In this document: positions 13,198 through 25,020 of the stretch, piece after piece
Layout of the letters: the number at the start of each line of letters is the position of its first letter
Position numbering within the stretch: the first letter of the stretch is position 1
Assembly: GCF_001194135.2 (NCBI RefSeq)
Contig: NC_068994.1
Coordinates: 41,457,657-41,521,656 of the forward strand
Source: Octopus bimaculoides
Taxonomy: Eukaryota
Direction of reading: 5' to 3'
Length of the DNA: 64,000 nucleotides
Translations under genes and position numbers: made by a program
Notes under the pieces: model-generated
The model's database searches: none
Seen by the model: only the letters and a program-made list of their open reading frames with translations
Told to the model about the DNA's origin: nothing

Positions 13198-13949
13198 CTG
13201 AAGAAGTAAAAGAAGAAAATAGAATGGTAAATAAATGATTTAAAACTAACTTTCTTAAGCAAAAAGATAGGTTTCAGAAAAGTTTTAATGAAAGTATTCA
13301 ACACTTTTACAGGAATTATACTTGTGACTCATCATATAGATGTTCTTATTTAATTACTTTCTTAAATGGATTTACTTTTTAATTTCAAAGATCTTGAATT
13401 TGTTAGAGAATCTCATAATGTTCTAAATATGAAAGTGAAAAAAAAAAAAATCTATAATCACTGTGAATATTTGGCTTCAGGAATTTTAAAGCTTGTGAGA
13501 GACAATTCCATAATTAAGGCAGTTCTATATTGAAGAAAAAATTATGTTTTGCAGTAACTAGCTGGATTTAAAGTTAATGGACAGACAAGATTGCAACGAA
13601 AGCACAGAAATAATATTGAAAGTTAATAATATTGAAAATTGGTAGATTATTTCATTAGCAATGGAATCACAGAGTTTGTAAGAGACTGAAAATGAACCAA
13701 TCAGAGAGTTCGAAGAGAAACTTAATTTTAGAGGGAAATTACAGAAGAATATTTTATTTTAGTTTCATGGTAATGAAGACAGAGAGCAAGACAGAAGAAG
13801 CAGAGGAGATATAAAACTGATAACCATTCTAAGTGAATCGCAATTTCATTGGAAAATGTTCTGCAACACACTATGGAAACTGAACTATCTGTAGTGTGAA
13901 CATAAATTACAGCTCGTGATACTATTCAATGAAGATAAACATAAAATTT

Positions 13950-14130
13950 ATAAATAGGTACAAGGACTCAAATTTTAACAGGGAAAAATAAATGATTATA
14001 CTAGCCCCAATATTTGTCTCACTGGTACCCTATTATTTTGACCCCAGTGGAGTGGGGTGAAAGGTTAAGGTAGCCTTGGAAAGATTTGAACTGAGGACTT
14101 AAGAAAACTAAACTAAGTAGCATAAGGCGT
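13950..14130 (-). mobile_element. SINE family B, diverged
   Basis: tacaaggactcaaatttt...actggtaccctattattttgaccccag...gatttgaactgagg. Confidence 0.65.
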
Positions 14131-16178
14131 TTTTTCCTGATACCCAGATAAAACTTCTAAATAACAGCAAATAGCAAAATCCTGATAAAAGACTGTGGCA
14201 GCATGACTGCTACTGTTCTTAGAGCATAGATTGTTGGAACAAGATATGTAGTACATCTTTTACTGTCTGCTGCAAGTGTAATTTGTAGCTGAAAGCTGAT
14301 GATGATGACAATGACGACGACAGCACTGATGAATGTACATACCAGAAAATGTAGATGGTAAAGTTGACAGGGCAATTGTTAATCATCTGAGAGATTAGAA
14401 GTTCATGTCCTTCTTATTACAAGCAGCATGCTTTGCCTATGGAACGACATTTTGCTTGCAGTCCCCAAGTGTATCAAGCTTTAAGTAAATACTATTTCAA
14501 CATACTTTAATAGTATGCTCAGAGGCACAGAAGTTAAATATGCTGTTGACTTTGCTATACTGAGTTCCGTTCCTCCTATAGAAAAAAAATTTCACCTTGG
14601 ATAGTCTGGCTCCATATTCAGGGAGAAATTAATCTTCAAATCATGGTGAATAACAAAACTGAAGAGTGATTCAGAAAGAATGGAAGAGCCCAACAATAGA
14701 AAATATTCTTATGTTGATATTCTTTACTCGATTTTAATAATTTTCTGAACACCACCTTTAAGTGTTTTAAGCCTATCATATCAACCCCAGCACATTTTAT
14801 AACTCTATCAAATGGTTAGGTGACCCTTTGATATGAAAGGGTGATTTGATAAATCATTTTACACAAACATAACGTGTGTGCGTGTGTGTGTGTGTATGTG
14901 TAGATATACATACATATAATATCTATATTTATTTTTATCTGTGTATATATATATGCATGTATATGTCTGTACATATGTATGTATATTTGTGTGTGCATGC
15001 ACGCATGTGTGTGTGTGTATATATATATATAACTATATGTATATAGTTGTGCACGAGTGTGTGTCATTTATTTAGACTGGTCAAATGCCCTGCTATTTTG
15101 AAGTTTACTCAATGTGTAGTTGATTCTTCAGACAAGATAACTCAAGTCATTTTCACAAAGTAGTATTCAAATTGGGGCCATTTTAGAAGCACTATCCACG
15201 CTGCTACACAGTAAGATCGAACCTGGAACCATGAGATTGTGAAGCAAACTTCTTAACCACATACACCTATGCTTGTGATTCACGATTGTAGCTATAACTG
15301 AAATAATTAATCCATTTACAGCAGTATCCTGTTGACATTTTTTCTCTGAACAAAATTATGCTTCAGCCTGAATTCAATTTTAAATCTTAATTCTAATAAG
15401 ATTAATTTTGCTTTATATTCTACACATTTGATTTGTGCTGATTCTTCTTCTAGATCAAAATCTATTTTAATGGATGCATGTGATCAGAAAGTGGGAGACA
15501 GTTGTTCTCACCAAACCAAATGTACAAGAATCATATTCTTTTTTTATTCTAGGTGTGTATGCACTTTATAAACAAAATACACCATTTCTTTTTCCTTTAA
15601 TCCATTTCAGTCTTTAGACTGCAGCCTTGCTGGGGCATCATCTTGAAAGGTTTACATCAGTGATTCTCTACCATTTTTCACCCACAGACCCTTTGATTCC
15701 TATTTTATTCAAATGGACCCTCATAACCATTTGATATTTGAAAAATCCTATTATATTTTTATAATTGATTATAATTAATTATAATCATTTATTAAGAATT
15801 GTATAAATAATTGTTAAAATATTTTGTGTATTGTAGAAGTATAATCAATTTATTGCCAATAAATTTTAACATCAAAATCCTATATGGACCCTCAACGATG
15901 ATGATGATGAGAAGGAAGAGAATGTAGATGATTATGATGATGATGATGACAATGGCGATTATGATGACAATGATGATGATGGCAACAAGGAAGAAGATGC
16001 AGATGATAATGATGACCGTGATCCTGATGATGATTATTATCTTTTTTCTTTTCTGTTTCATAGGTTCAGAGGTTTTCATTAGGTCAGCTGAGTCAGTTGT
16101 CCAGTAATTTAACTTCATGGATACATGGTAACTTTGCAAGCAGGGAAGTTAAAAATATACAGGTATTGAGTGACTCAC

Positions 16179-16329
16179 CTGGAATCTCTTCATACTCTCC
16201 GGAGTCACCTTCACTCCAACCATGTCCGAAATCAGTATGAGAAGACAGAGTCTCTCTCCTAAGACTTGGAATCATAAGTGTACTATCTTCTAGTATGCTG
16301 TCTGTAGTTGCTATTCGCTGGATACACAT
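16179..16329 (-). CDS. Pcdh: Protocadherin second coding exon, cytoplasmic: MCIQRIATTDSILEDSTLMIPSLRRETLSSHTDFGHGWSEGDSGEYEEIP
   Basis: Acceptor tattattttccttacttccag| is phase 0, matching the upstream donor. 151 nt open frame. Donor CCAG|GTGAGT is phase 1. The peptide resembles the acidic DSGxG-type motif of protocadherin tails (recalled similarity, not searched). Confidence 0.8.
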
Positions 16330-16459
16330 CTGGAAGTAAGGAAAATAATAAATTGGTGTAGAATAACATGCATGTGAGTGATGGGTAGAGGGAGTATCAG
16401 ATAGAAAAGGGTGATGTATGTACATAGGAGTGAAAAGAAAACCATGTGTGTGTGTGTGC

Positions 16460-16515
<56 letters not shown>

Positions 16516-16532
16516 TATATGTATATATGTAC

Positions 16533-17219
16533 NNNNNNNNNNNNNNNNNNNNNNNNNNNNNNNNNNNNNNNNNNNNNNNNNNNNNNNNNNNNNNNNNNNN
16601 NNNNNNNNNNNNNNNNNNNNNNNNNNNNNNNNNNNNNNNNNNNNNNNNNNNNNNNNNNNNNNNNNNNNNNNNNNNNNNNNNNNNNNNNNNNNNNNNNNNN
16701 NNNNNNNNNNNNNNNNNNNNNNNNNNNNNNNNNNNNNNNNNNNNNNNNNNNNNNNNNNNNNNNNNNNNNNNNNNNNNNNNNNNNNNNNNNNNNNNNNNNN
16801 NNNNNNNNNNNNNNNNNNNNNNNNNNNNNNNNNNNNNNNNNNNNNNNNNNNNNNNNNNNNNNNNNNNNNNNNNNNNNNNNNNNNNNNNNNNNNNNNNNNN
16901 NNNNNNNNNNNNNNNNNNNNNNNNNNNNNNNNNNNNNNNNNNNNNNNNNNNNNNNNNNNNNNNNNNNNNNNNNNNNNNNNNNNNNNNNNNNNNNNNNNNN
17001 NNNNNNNNNNNNNNNNNNNNNNNNNNNNNNNNNNNNNNNNNNNNNNNNNNNNNNNNNNNNNNNNNNNNNNNNNNNNNNNNNNNNNNNNNNNNNNNNNNNN
17101 NNNNNNNNNNNNNNNNNNNNNNNNNNNNNNNNNNNNNNNNNNNNNNNNNNNNNNNNNNNNNNNNNNNNNNNNNNNNNNNNNNNNNNNNNNNNNNNNNNNN
17201 NNNNNNNNNNNNNNNNNNN
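16533..17219. other. Assembly gap (others near 28388-28440, 39421-39623, 51646-51768, 53173-53182, 54029-55016, 59864-60003)
   Basis: Runs of N, almost all flanked by (TA)n/(TG)n. Confidence 0.99.
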
Positions 17220-17237
17220 CCATGTGTGTGTGTGTGC

Positions 17238-17293
<56 letters not shown>

Positions 17294-18769
17294 TATATGT
17301 ATATATGTACAAACACATATATCTATATCTATGTATCTCTTACCAGTAGTCACCCATGCATACCAGCCTCCCCCTCTCCATTCCATCGATGTTATCCAAG
17401 GGAAAGACAAAGGCCAATACAACTTGGCACCAGTGACATTACATAACATTAGTTATGCCTTTGTATTGCTTCTGTAACAAACTTTTACTCTCTTTGAAAT
17501 AAGAACTTCCACTTCTTTAAGATGTTTCAACAAGTATTTTTTAATATTCCTTTTTGGCCCACTTGTTCTACCTCTCTTCACTCTTCCTCTTGTTTGTATT
17601 TAACACTCAAAAGCACTTTGTTATTAAGTATGTTTCTTCTACTACCTTCTGTATTCACTCCCTTTACATATTATAGTATTTTCTGATCGTATTAAGTAGA
17701 TCACTTAGTCTTTGATTCAGTTATGTAGTTACATACAGCGTTTCACCACTCTGGTTAGCATGCTGTTTCCTGTCATGCTATTTACAAGTTCTGCAGTAAA
17801 TGTATTGGTGTTAGAAAAGTAAGATCTTGGATATATTTCATTTTAATATTGTCTTACTGGATCATTCTTTAACAAATTCCAGCCCCAAACTTATACTGTC
17901 TCTCTCTTCTGAAAGTTATGTTGTAATCTAGATTATACATTTGAATAAAAACCACCATCACCATCACCACCATGAACAAGAACAACAATGACAGCAACGA
18001 CATCATTTTTATGTCCATGTTCTAAGTTGGCACGAGTTAGATGGGCCATCATGGTTTGTGTCAGTTCTTATAGAGCAGGGGCCACTTCCCTTGCAGATGA
18101 GTTAGAAGATCATTCCTTGCTTATGTGTTTCAATTTTAGCTTGACATCAACTGCTAGATTCCATTCCTATCACCAGTTGGGCAAAATGCTCGACAACATT
18201 TCTTGTGGATTTACATTCTGAGTTGAAATGCCACTGTGATTGACTTTACATTTCATCCTTTTGGAGTCAATAAAATAAGTCCCAATATCTAGGCTTTGCT
18301 AAAACTTAGAATTAATTATAGCATGGTCAGAAATCCTTCCTCTTGTTGACTTGTAACTGGGTTAGAAATTCAAATTATTAAAAAGTTATTGCCACAGCAA
18401 CAAATACAGCATTTATGGATTCCTTGTACTACATTAATGGTATTTACATTTGCTAATTGAGTAAATTTATTTAAGCTCTTCAATTAACTGTTGCTGGATT
18501 TTGTAACATTAAACACAACCAAGTCTTTCTTTAGTTAAATTATTTACAATGAGGAAGTGGTATCAAGTATCTAAATTAACTGTCTTTGTCTATCAGAAGG
18601 AGCTAAATTTGTTTTAGAAAATGAATATTCATAATGACTTTATTATATATTGAATAGTTTAATGACAGATAAATTTTACATTGACTCAAAGCTACACATT
18701 TATATGAAAATGGTAAAGTTGGTAGAATGGGTTTAATAAATTTTTCTAATTTAGGCACATGACCAGCAA

Positions 18770-18965
18770 TTGATAAACAAAGGGAGCTACTCAATTACAT
18801 TGACCCTAATACTTGACTGGTACATCATTTTATCCAACCCAGATCAATCAAAGGCGAAGTTTATATCACAGCAGAAATTGAATTTTAAATGGCAACAGTC
18901 AGAAAGAAATACTGGAAAGCATTTTATCTGTTGCCCTAACAACTTTGCCAATCTGTCACCCTATT
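18770..18965 (-). mobile_element. SINE family B, diverged
   Basis: tacattgaccctaatacttgactggtac...aaaggcgaagttt...gcagaaattgaa...ctaacaactttgccaatctgtcacc. Confidence 0.7.
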
Positions 18966-20254
18966 GATTTCAGTAAATGACTGGAAGTTATTTTATCGAC
19001 CTGGGTTGGCAGAAAGGAAAGATGAGTCAAAAATGATGTGAATGCATTTGAAATACCATGTTTTTTTTTTGTTTTTTCTTTAGCATTAAGTGAATCAGAG
19101 ACAAACACCGTCTTAAATAAGATCCATGGATATCACAAGTAACATTTCCTGAAGAACTGACACTTACTTCTCCCATTGCATAGTGAATAGAGAAACAGAT
19201 TTAAGTGCCTTGCACAGAGACAAAATAACATTCCTGGAAGCAGAGTAGAACTCATAAAAACCTATGAACTGCAAAGTCAATATGTAATCCACTTAGATAC
19301 TAGTTTAATATTTCTACTGACATTTTATACCTGTCATAAAATATGATTTCTTACATAAGCATAAGGCCCGAGATATAGCATAACCACTTAGATCAATTCC
19401 TCTACTTGCTTGCTACTTTATTTCATTGACCCAGGAAGGATGAGAAGTGAAGTTGGCCTTGAATATAACAATAATTATACTTTCTATTATTAATATCCTT
19501 TATATAGTTGATCTAATTAACCCTTTTTCTTCATCAACTGTGAAATCTTTCTCTTAGAAACTTTGAACTATAATTTGTTTCAATTTCTTCTAAAATGTAT
19601 TTTTTATTTATTTATTTATGTGTTTCAGCCAAGTGGCTGCGGTCATGCTGGTGCACCACAAACATTTCTAAATATCAAAAGTTTCCTGGTATAGTTTATA
19701 TCAGATAACTTTATATTTTCATTGTTTTTTTGCTTGTAAAATATGGTTCAACTTTATTTCTTTACAGGATATGGCTGCATGGCATGTGATTACAGGAAAT
19801 AGAACCACACAAAAATATGATGTGATATAATATAATATAACATAATATAATATAATGTAATATGATATAATATAATATGATATATTATAATATGATATAA
19901 TATAATATAATATAATATAATATAATTTAACATAATGGATGATGATATATAGAACAACAGATAGTTGTATAAAAGCCAAATTAATTCTTAAGTTGGTTAA
20001 GTTTATATGTGTTAGAAAAAGAAGAATTAACAGTTTCAGGAATGATTCTTCATTTGAGTTAACTCATTATTTTTAAGGTCCATAAGCACCTAAAAAGATG
20101 GTTCTGTATGCAAGCACAGATACACACCAATACTGTAACTCTTATTCAAATGATTTGTAGCATGTACTATGTGTTCATTAATTGTTTTAGGTATTTAGGT
20201 AGTTGTGAGTAAACACAGTCATCCTCAAGGCTCTATCCTCTTGACCCAGTAAAA

Positions 20255-20420
20255 CATCCAAGATATTACAATTAGGGGGGAAAGGAAAAACGTACCAGCA
20301 TCCAGCTGGTACTCTTTTCAACTCAGTAACTTGAAATGAAGAACCTTGCTCAAGGACACAATGTTCTACACGATCCCAGAAGCAAACCCACGACATTATG
20401 ATCATGAGCTCAACATACTG
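20255..20420 (-). mobile_element. SINE family C fragment immediately downstream of the large coding exon
   Basis: gaaatgaagaaccttgctcaaggacacaatg...acgacattatgatcatgagc matches the reverse complement of the family C head and core. Confidence 0.6.
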
Positions 20421-20465
20421 ACTACTAAATCAAAACAATTTTATAACAAAGGATGATATCCTTAC

Positions 20466-22853
20466 CTGAGTAGTTGCTGGTAATGTTCTGGATGAAGAGG
20501 AATCCCAGTCGTTTTGTGATTCAACATCTGGATAAAGCTGACTGCGTGATCTAAACATCTGGCTACTTCTTATGTCATCTGGACTTCTTAATGTTACAAT
20601 AGAATTACTAGTCTCTGATATTAAGTTCCTCTTTTCTCTACAAAACTTATTCATATGATTTAATTTTGCCCCATGAGAGGTATTTTTCAAATTGTTGTAT
20701 CTCACAACACAAGCTGTTATGAAAATAACAAGAGCCACTGATAATATTACTGCTACAACAACAATAACAATGGCTAAATTAAGATTTATCATTCCATCTG
20801 TTTGTTTGTATGTTGCAGTGAGCATTTCTGATGTGTTATTGCTTAATATGACTTTCAAAGACAGTGTAGTTGTTGCTGATAGTGTGGGAGTACCATTATC
20901 TTTGACAGCTACTTTTAGCCTGTATGTCCCAGCATCAGTTTGGTAAATTGGACGAGAGAATGACAAGTGACCAGTGTAAGGATTCACTTTGAACATCAGC
21001 TTGTCATCTCCTCCCACTATTTCATACCTGAGAAAAGCATTCATTCGACTGTCTCTGTCAGAAGCTTTCAGAACAGTAATATTATTCTTTGACTGAGGAT
21101 GATAAAAAATATCAAGACTGAAAGGATTAATGTTAGGGAAAACAAAATATGGAGCATTGTCATTTTCGTCCATAACTTCAACAATAACATTTGCTGTGTT
21201 GTTTAAAGAAGGAATTCCGTTGTCTTTTACTAAAACTTTAAATTTATAAATTTCTTTTTGTTCACAATCTAATGTTCTTGTAGTTGATATAAAACCATTT
21301 TTTGTAATTTTAAAAGGAAGGTAATTTTTATTGCTTTCTAATAAGGAATAAGTTAACTCTCCTCCAACTCCAGTGTCTTGATCAGTGGCATTAATAAAGC
21401 CAATTGGAAAATTTGGTTTCTGATTTTCGTAGGTCAAAAATTTGAAGGTTTGTTTTGAGAACTGTGGCCTTAAATCATTGACATCTAATACTTGAATTGA
21501 GAACTTGCTCTCTGTTTTTAAGGGTGGGGTACCTTTGTCTTGACAAGATATTGTGATATCATAATTGTCTTCTTTCTCCCTATCAACAGCTTGTTTTACA
21601 ATTACTTTATATTCTTTGGACCCTAAACTTAAAAGCTGAAAAGTTTTATGCTTTAGATCACAAATGACTTCACCATTCTTTCCAATATCATTATCAGTAA
21701 CCATTACATAAGCAATGAAACTGCCAATTTTGATATCTTCAGAAATAGCCACTCTGTTTTCAGTTAATGCACTCACAAAGTTCACATCAATATTTGGTGC
21801 ATTGTTTTGTTGGTTCACCACATAAACAACAACCATTGCAATTGAACTCAAAGGAGGTCGTCCTCCATCAGTAGCTCGAATGAATAGCTTATGAACCAAC
21901 GTTTGACCCAATGCAAATATCTTTTGTAGGAAAATTTCTCCAGTTCGTTTATTGAGTTTAAAGTGATCTTTAGCAATATCTGATGTTTTCAGTGTAAAAT
22001 GATAAGTGATATTTGCATTTTCTCCAGTGTCCATATCTTTAGCTGAGAGAACAACAATAGGGGCTTCTTGATGTAATTCATTTTTTATTGAAACATTGTA
22101 GATATTCTGTGAGAAAATAGGAACATTATCATTGACATCAGTAACTGATATCTTTACACCTAGAATACTTTGTTTTGTAGGATATCCTCCATCTTTTGCA
22201 ATTACTTGAAGTGAATAAATATCTTTTACTTCTCGATTTAGTCGTTCTCCTAAATTGATGGACAATTCTGAGGTGCCATCCAGGTTCTTAGAAACTGTTA
22301 ATGTAAATGGCTCATCTTTCTTTTTCTTTAACTGATATGTAATCTGTGAATTCAAAAGCCCTACGTCTTTATCTACAGCATTAGGTAATGATCTTCTGGC
22401 TCCTTTGCTATCATCTTCAGAAAATTCTATTGTTATTTCTTTCTTTTGAAATTGAGGTTTATGGTCATTAATATCTTCTAATATTATCTTGATTTTAAGT
22501 ATTTTCATAAATGTTTCAGCTCTTTTAACTGCAACTTTCACTATCCTGAAACATTCTGTGTTGTACATACAAAGAGACTCAGCATCCAGCTTTCTAGCAG
22601 TAAATAATTTTCCTGTCTTTGAAACATTGAACAGCCCTGAACTTTTGGTTGTGCTATGCTGAAGTTGACTAAATGTAATCAAATGGTGATCCTCCAGATG
22701 TACATTGTGTAGCAAATGTGAATCCGATGCAATATCTCCTAAAAAGCTTCCTTCACTCTTTTCCTCCTCCACATGGTAGGTGAGGTCGACGCAGGTGGAG
22801 ATTGAAACCAGACACAACAATGTCCACAGAGTTACCAGTGTATTATGACTCAT
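20466..22853 (-). CDS. Pcdh: Protocadherin, large first coding exon (796 codons): signal peptide, EC1-EC6, TM helix, proximal cytoplasmic tail. Family-level call only.
   Basis: ATG at 22853 gives MSHNTLVTLWTLLCLVSISTC (signal peptide) then VDLTYHVEEEK. Six cadherin repeats with linkers DINDH, DVNDN, NQQNN, DVNDL, DENDN, plus DxD and xDxG motifs. EC1 has C-X5-C (CMYNTEC). TM is LNLAIVIVVVAVILSVALVIFITACVV. Exon ends at CAG|GTAAGG (phase 0) at 20466. Confidence 0.95.
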
Positions 22854-22902
22854 TACTGCTACAACTTTTGATAAGATGCTAATCTCAAAACATCCCAGGC
22901 AT

Positions 22903-22925
22903 CTGAAAGAAAAGAAGAAAAATAT
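22903..22925 (-). promoter_or_regulatory. 3' splice acceptor preceding the large coding exon; implies an upstream non-coding exon
   Basis: Minus strand tttcttcttttctttcag|ATGCCTGGG, 50 nt upstream of the signal-peptide ATG. The ORF-track N-terminal extension (IIFFFFSF, from a TTG) is this pyrimidine tract. Confidence 0.8.
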
Positions 22926-24407
22926 TATTTTTAAAGTAAACAGTAACAAGTAAAGAAATTAAATATCATTATTACTATAAACTATCTCTATAATTCAGTT
23001 TGCATATTATTTAGCTATTAGTCAACACTGACTGAGCAGACTTATGATCAGTATTCCAGCCATGATCATCTCATCTCTGTACCTAGGGCTACAATATCCA
23101 ATGTAACATTTCATTTTATTAAATAGCAGATAGTGATTTGAGAAATATTTGGCTGCTAATTCTGCAAAAACTTCTTTGTTGGTTTGTGAAGAACTTGGTT
23201 GTGGTCCTCCAGATATATACTTAACCCTCATTTCTAGCTGTGACCACCCTAACTTTTCCTTTTGTGCAGGGAACTGGGGACAACATCATTCAATGTATGC
23301 TGTGATTTGAGAGAGAGAGATTTGGTTGCTATTTTTAGCAAACTGTGTGACAATGAAGTAACTCCCTTGTTGGCTTGTGAAGAGTGTAATTGCTTAGAGC
23401 ATTAGAATGAATCCTTTTATACATGAATCAATGGCACTCTACTGACCTGCGACTATTCAATAAAGAATTAATCTTCTTGAATGTAAAATACTATCAACTG
23501 AGAAAAATCTGTGCTAATGCAATTAGCTGTTGATTATTTATTTTTTTGAGGAAAATGAATTCTAAGTGAAACCAGTGATATTGAGTGATGTCTAGAGTTT
23601 GTGTCTTCTCTCTATGTTTCTGTTATTGATGAAGCCTTACTAGAATAGAAAGCCAAATTATTTCTATACAAGATTTGCAAAGTAAAGTTTTAATTCTATA
23701 ACCAACTAAGCCATTTCAAATAAAGTAAAGTTTGGATATGCTTATCTAAATATATCATCAGACACTCTTTACAATAACAAAAAACATGACTTCTGTCAGG
23801 GTTGTTGCAGCAACATTATAAGACTTCAAGCAAAGCAATGCACTAGAGTCCCCTACATTCACACAACTAGAGCATACATAGATCAGTATGGAGCCTCCTT
23901 AGGTCCATGAGGTGCCTTGCACTGAAAACTACCCTTGTGTTCATGCTTTAAGACAGCACTAGCTTCCAAGCCTAACCATGTAGGTGGATGAACTTCATAA
24001 AGGACATACATTTGCCAAGTTAATGAAAAACTAGACCAGTACAAAGCTGATTTAGATGAGGATCAGTTGTGATTTAGGTGGGGGCCTAACATCTCTTGCA
24101 TTGTGGACTATCTCTTTCTGGAAATGTAAGATGCTGAAGAAGAGAGAACTATTAACCAACTGTTAACCCTCTACTGTACTCTCAATTTCAAATGGATCTA
24201 GGACAACTGATGGCAGCCAATTACCTTCAGCTCAACTCACTGCAGCGAACTAGCTGCTACTAACTCAATGCTGATATTAGAAATAAGACAACATGCTATG
24301 ATATAGAAAAACTAATTTTTCTTTAATTAAAATTCTGTGTTATGAAATAAGTCTCATAAACTCTTTATTAATGTTAAAACTAATGCAATAGGTTTTAAAA
24401 TAGTATC

Positions 24408-24481
24408 AAGTTATAGGGAATTCCTTTGAGTAATTCCCTATAACTTAGAATTCCTTAGTTATAGGAATTCTAACTATAACT
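24408..24481. repeat. Tandem double hairpin
   Basis: aagttatagggaatt-N9-aattccctataactt (15-bp perfect stem), overlapping ttagaattcct-N7-aggaattctaa (11-bp perfect stem). Confidence 0.9.
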
Positions 24482-24770
24482 TTAAAGTATTTAATAGTAC
24501 TAACACCTATTTTAGTTACACATTCCTTTAAGACATTTTGGATGGTATGATATTAAATGTTATAAAAATTACATTTTATGGATATTTTTGTAAATATTAA
24601 CACTTATCATGTATTTTGTTTCCAATTTTGACAATGGGTAATCTGAGAGGATTCTAATCTAATAACACATGGGGTAATTTTTGCATCTGCCCTTTAAGTT
24701 TATTTTTCCAATACTTTAGAAAAAAAATATTGATACAATTATTGCAATTTTGACAGTATTTTAGGTTACT

Positions 24771-24975
24771 CTTTTACTTGTTTCAGTCTTTTGACTGTGG
24801 CCATGCTGGAGCACCGCCTTTAGTCGAGCAAATCAACCCCAGGACTTATTCTTTGGAAGCCTAGTACTTATTCTTTCGGTCTCTTTTGCCGAACCGCTAA
24901 GTTACAGGGACATAAACACACCAGCATCGGTTGTCAAGCGATGTTGAGGGGACAAACACAGACATACAAACACAT

Positions 24976-25020
<45 letters not shown>

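Noticed and set aside
14343-14575. Alternative exon with acceptor ttttttttctatag|GA (14575) and donor TCTG|gtatgt (14343)
   Set aside because: 233 nt is not a multiple of 3 and all frames contain stops. A short terminal reading (GGTELSIAK...VFT*) is possible but has no supporting feature.
16311-17477. Long ORFs spanning N-gaps and (TA)n/(TG)n, also at 39.2-39.8, 51.5-51.9, 53.8-55.2, 55.7-58.3 and 59.3-60.4 kb
   Set aside because: [12 protein letters not shown] translations of microsatellites and X runs; not proteins.
13127-20700. WIRS (WAVE-binding) or PDZ-binding motif in the cytoplasmic tail
   Set aside because: No hydrophobic-x-T/S-F in the assembled tail (HTDF does not fit), and the C-terminus IKPL fits no standard PDZ class.
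20692-20946. Antisense 84-aa ORF over the TM-coding region
   Set aside because: By-product of codon usage on the opposite strand; no independent signal.
22854-22949. 32-aa N-terminal extension of the 839-aa ORF (MLLFTLKIIFFFFSFR...)
   Set aside because: Starts at a TTG and runs through the intronic polypyrimidine tract and AG. The signal peptide begins at ATG 22853.
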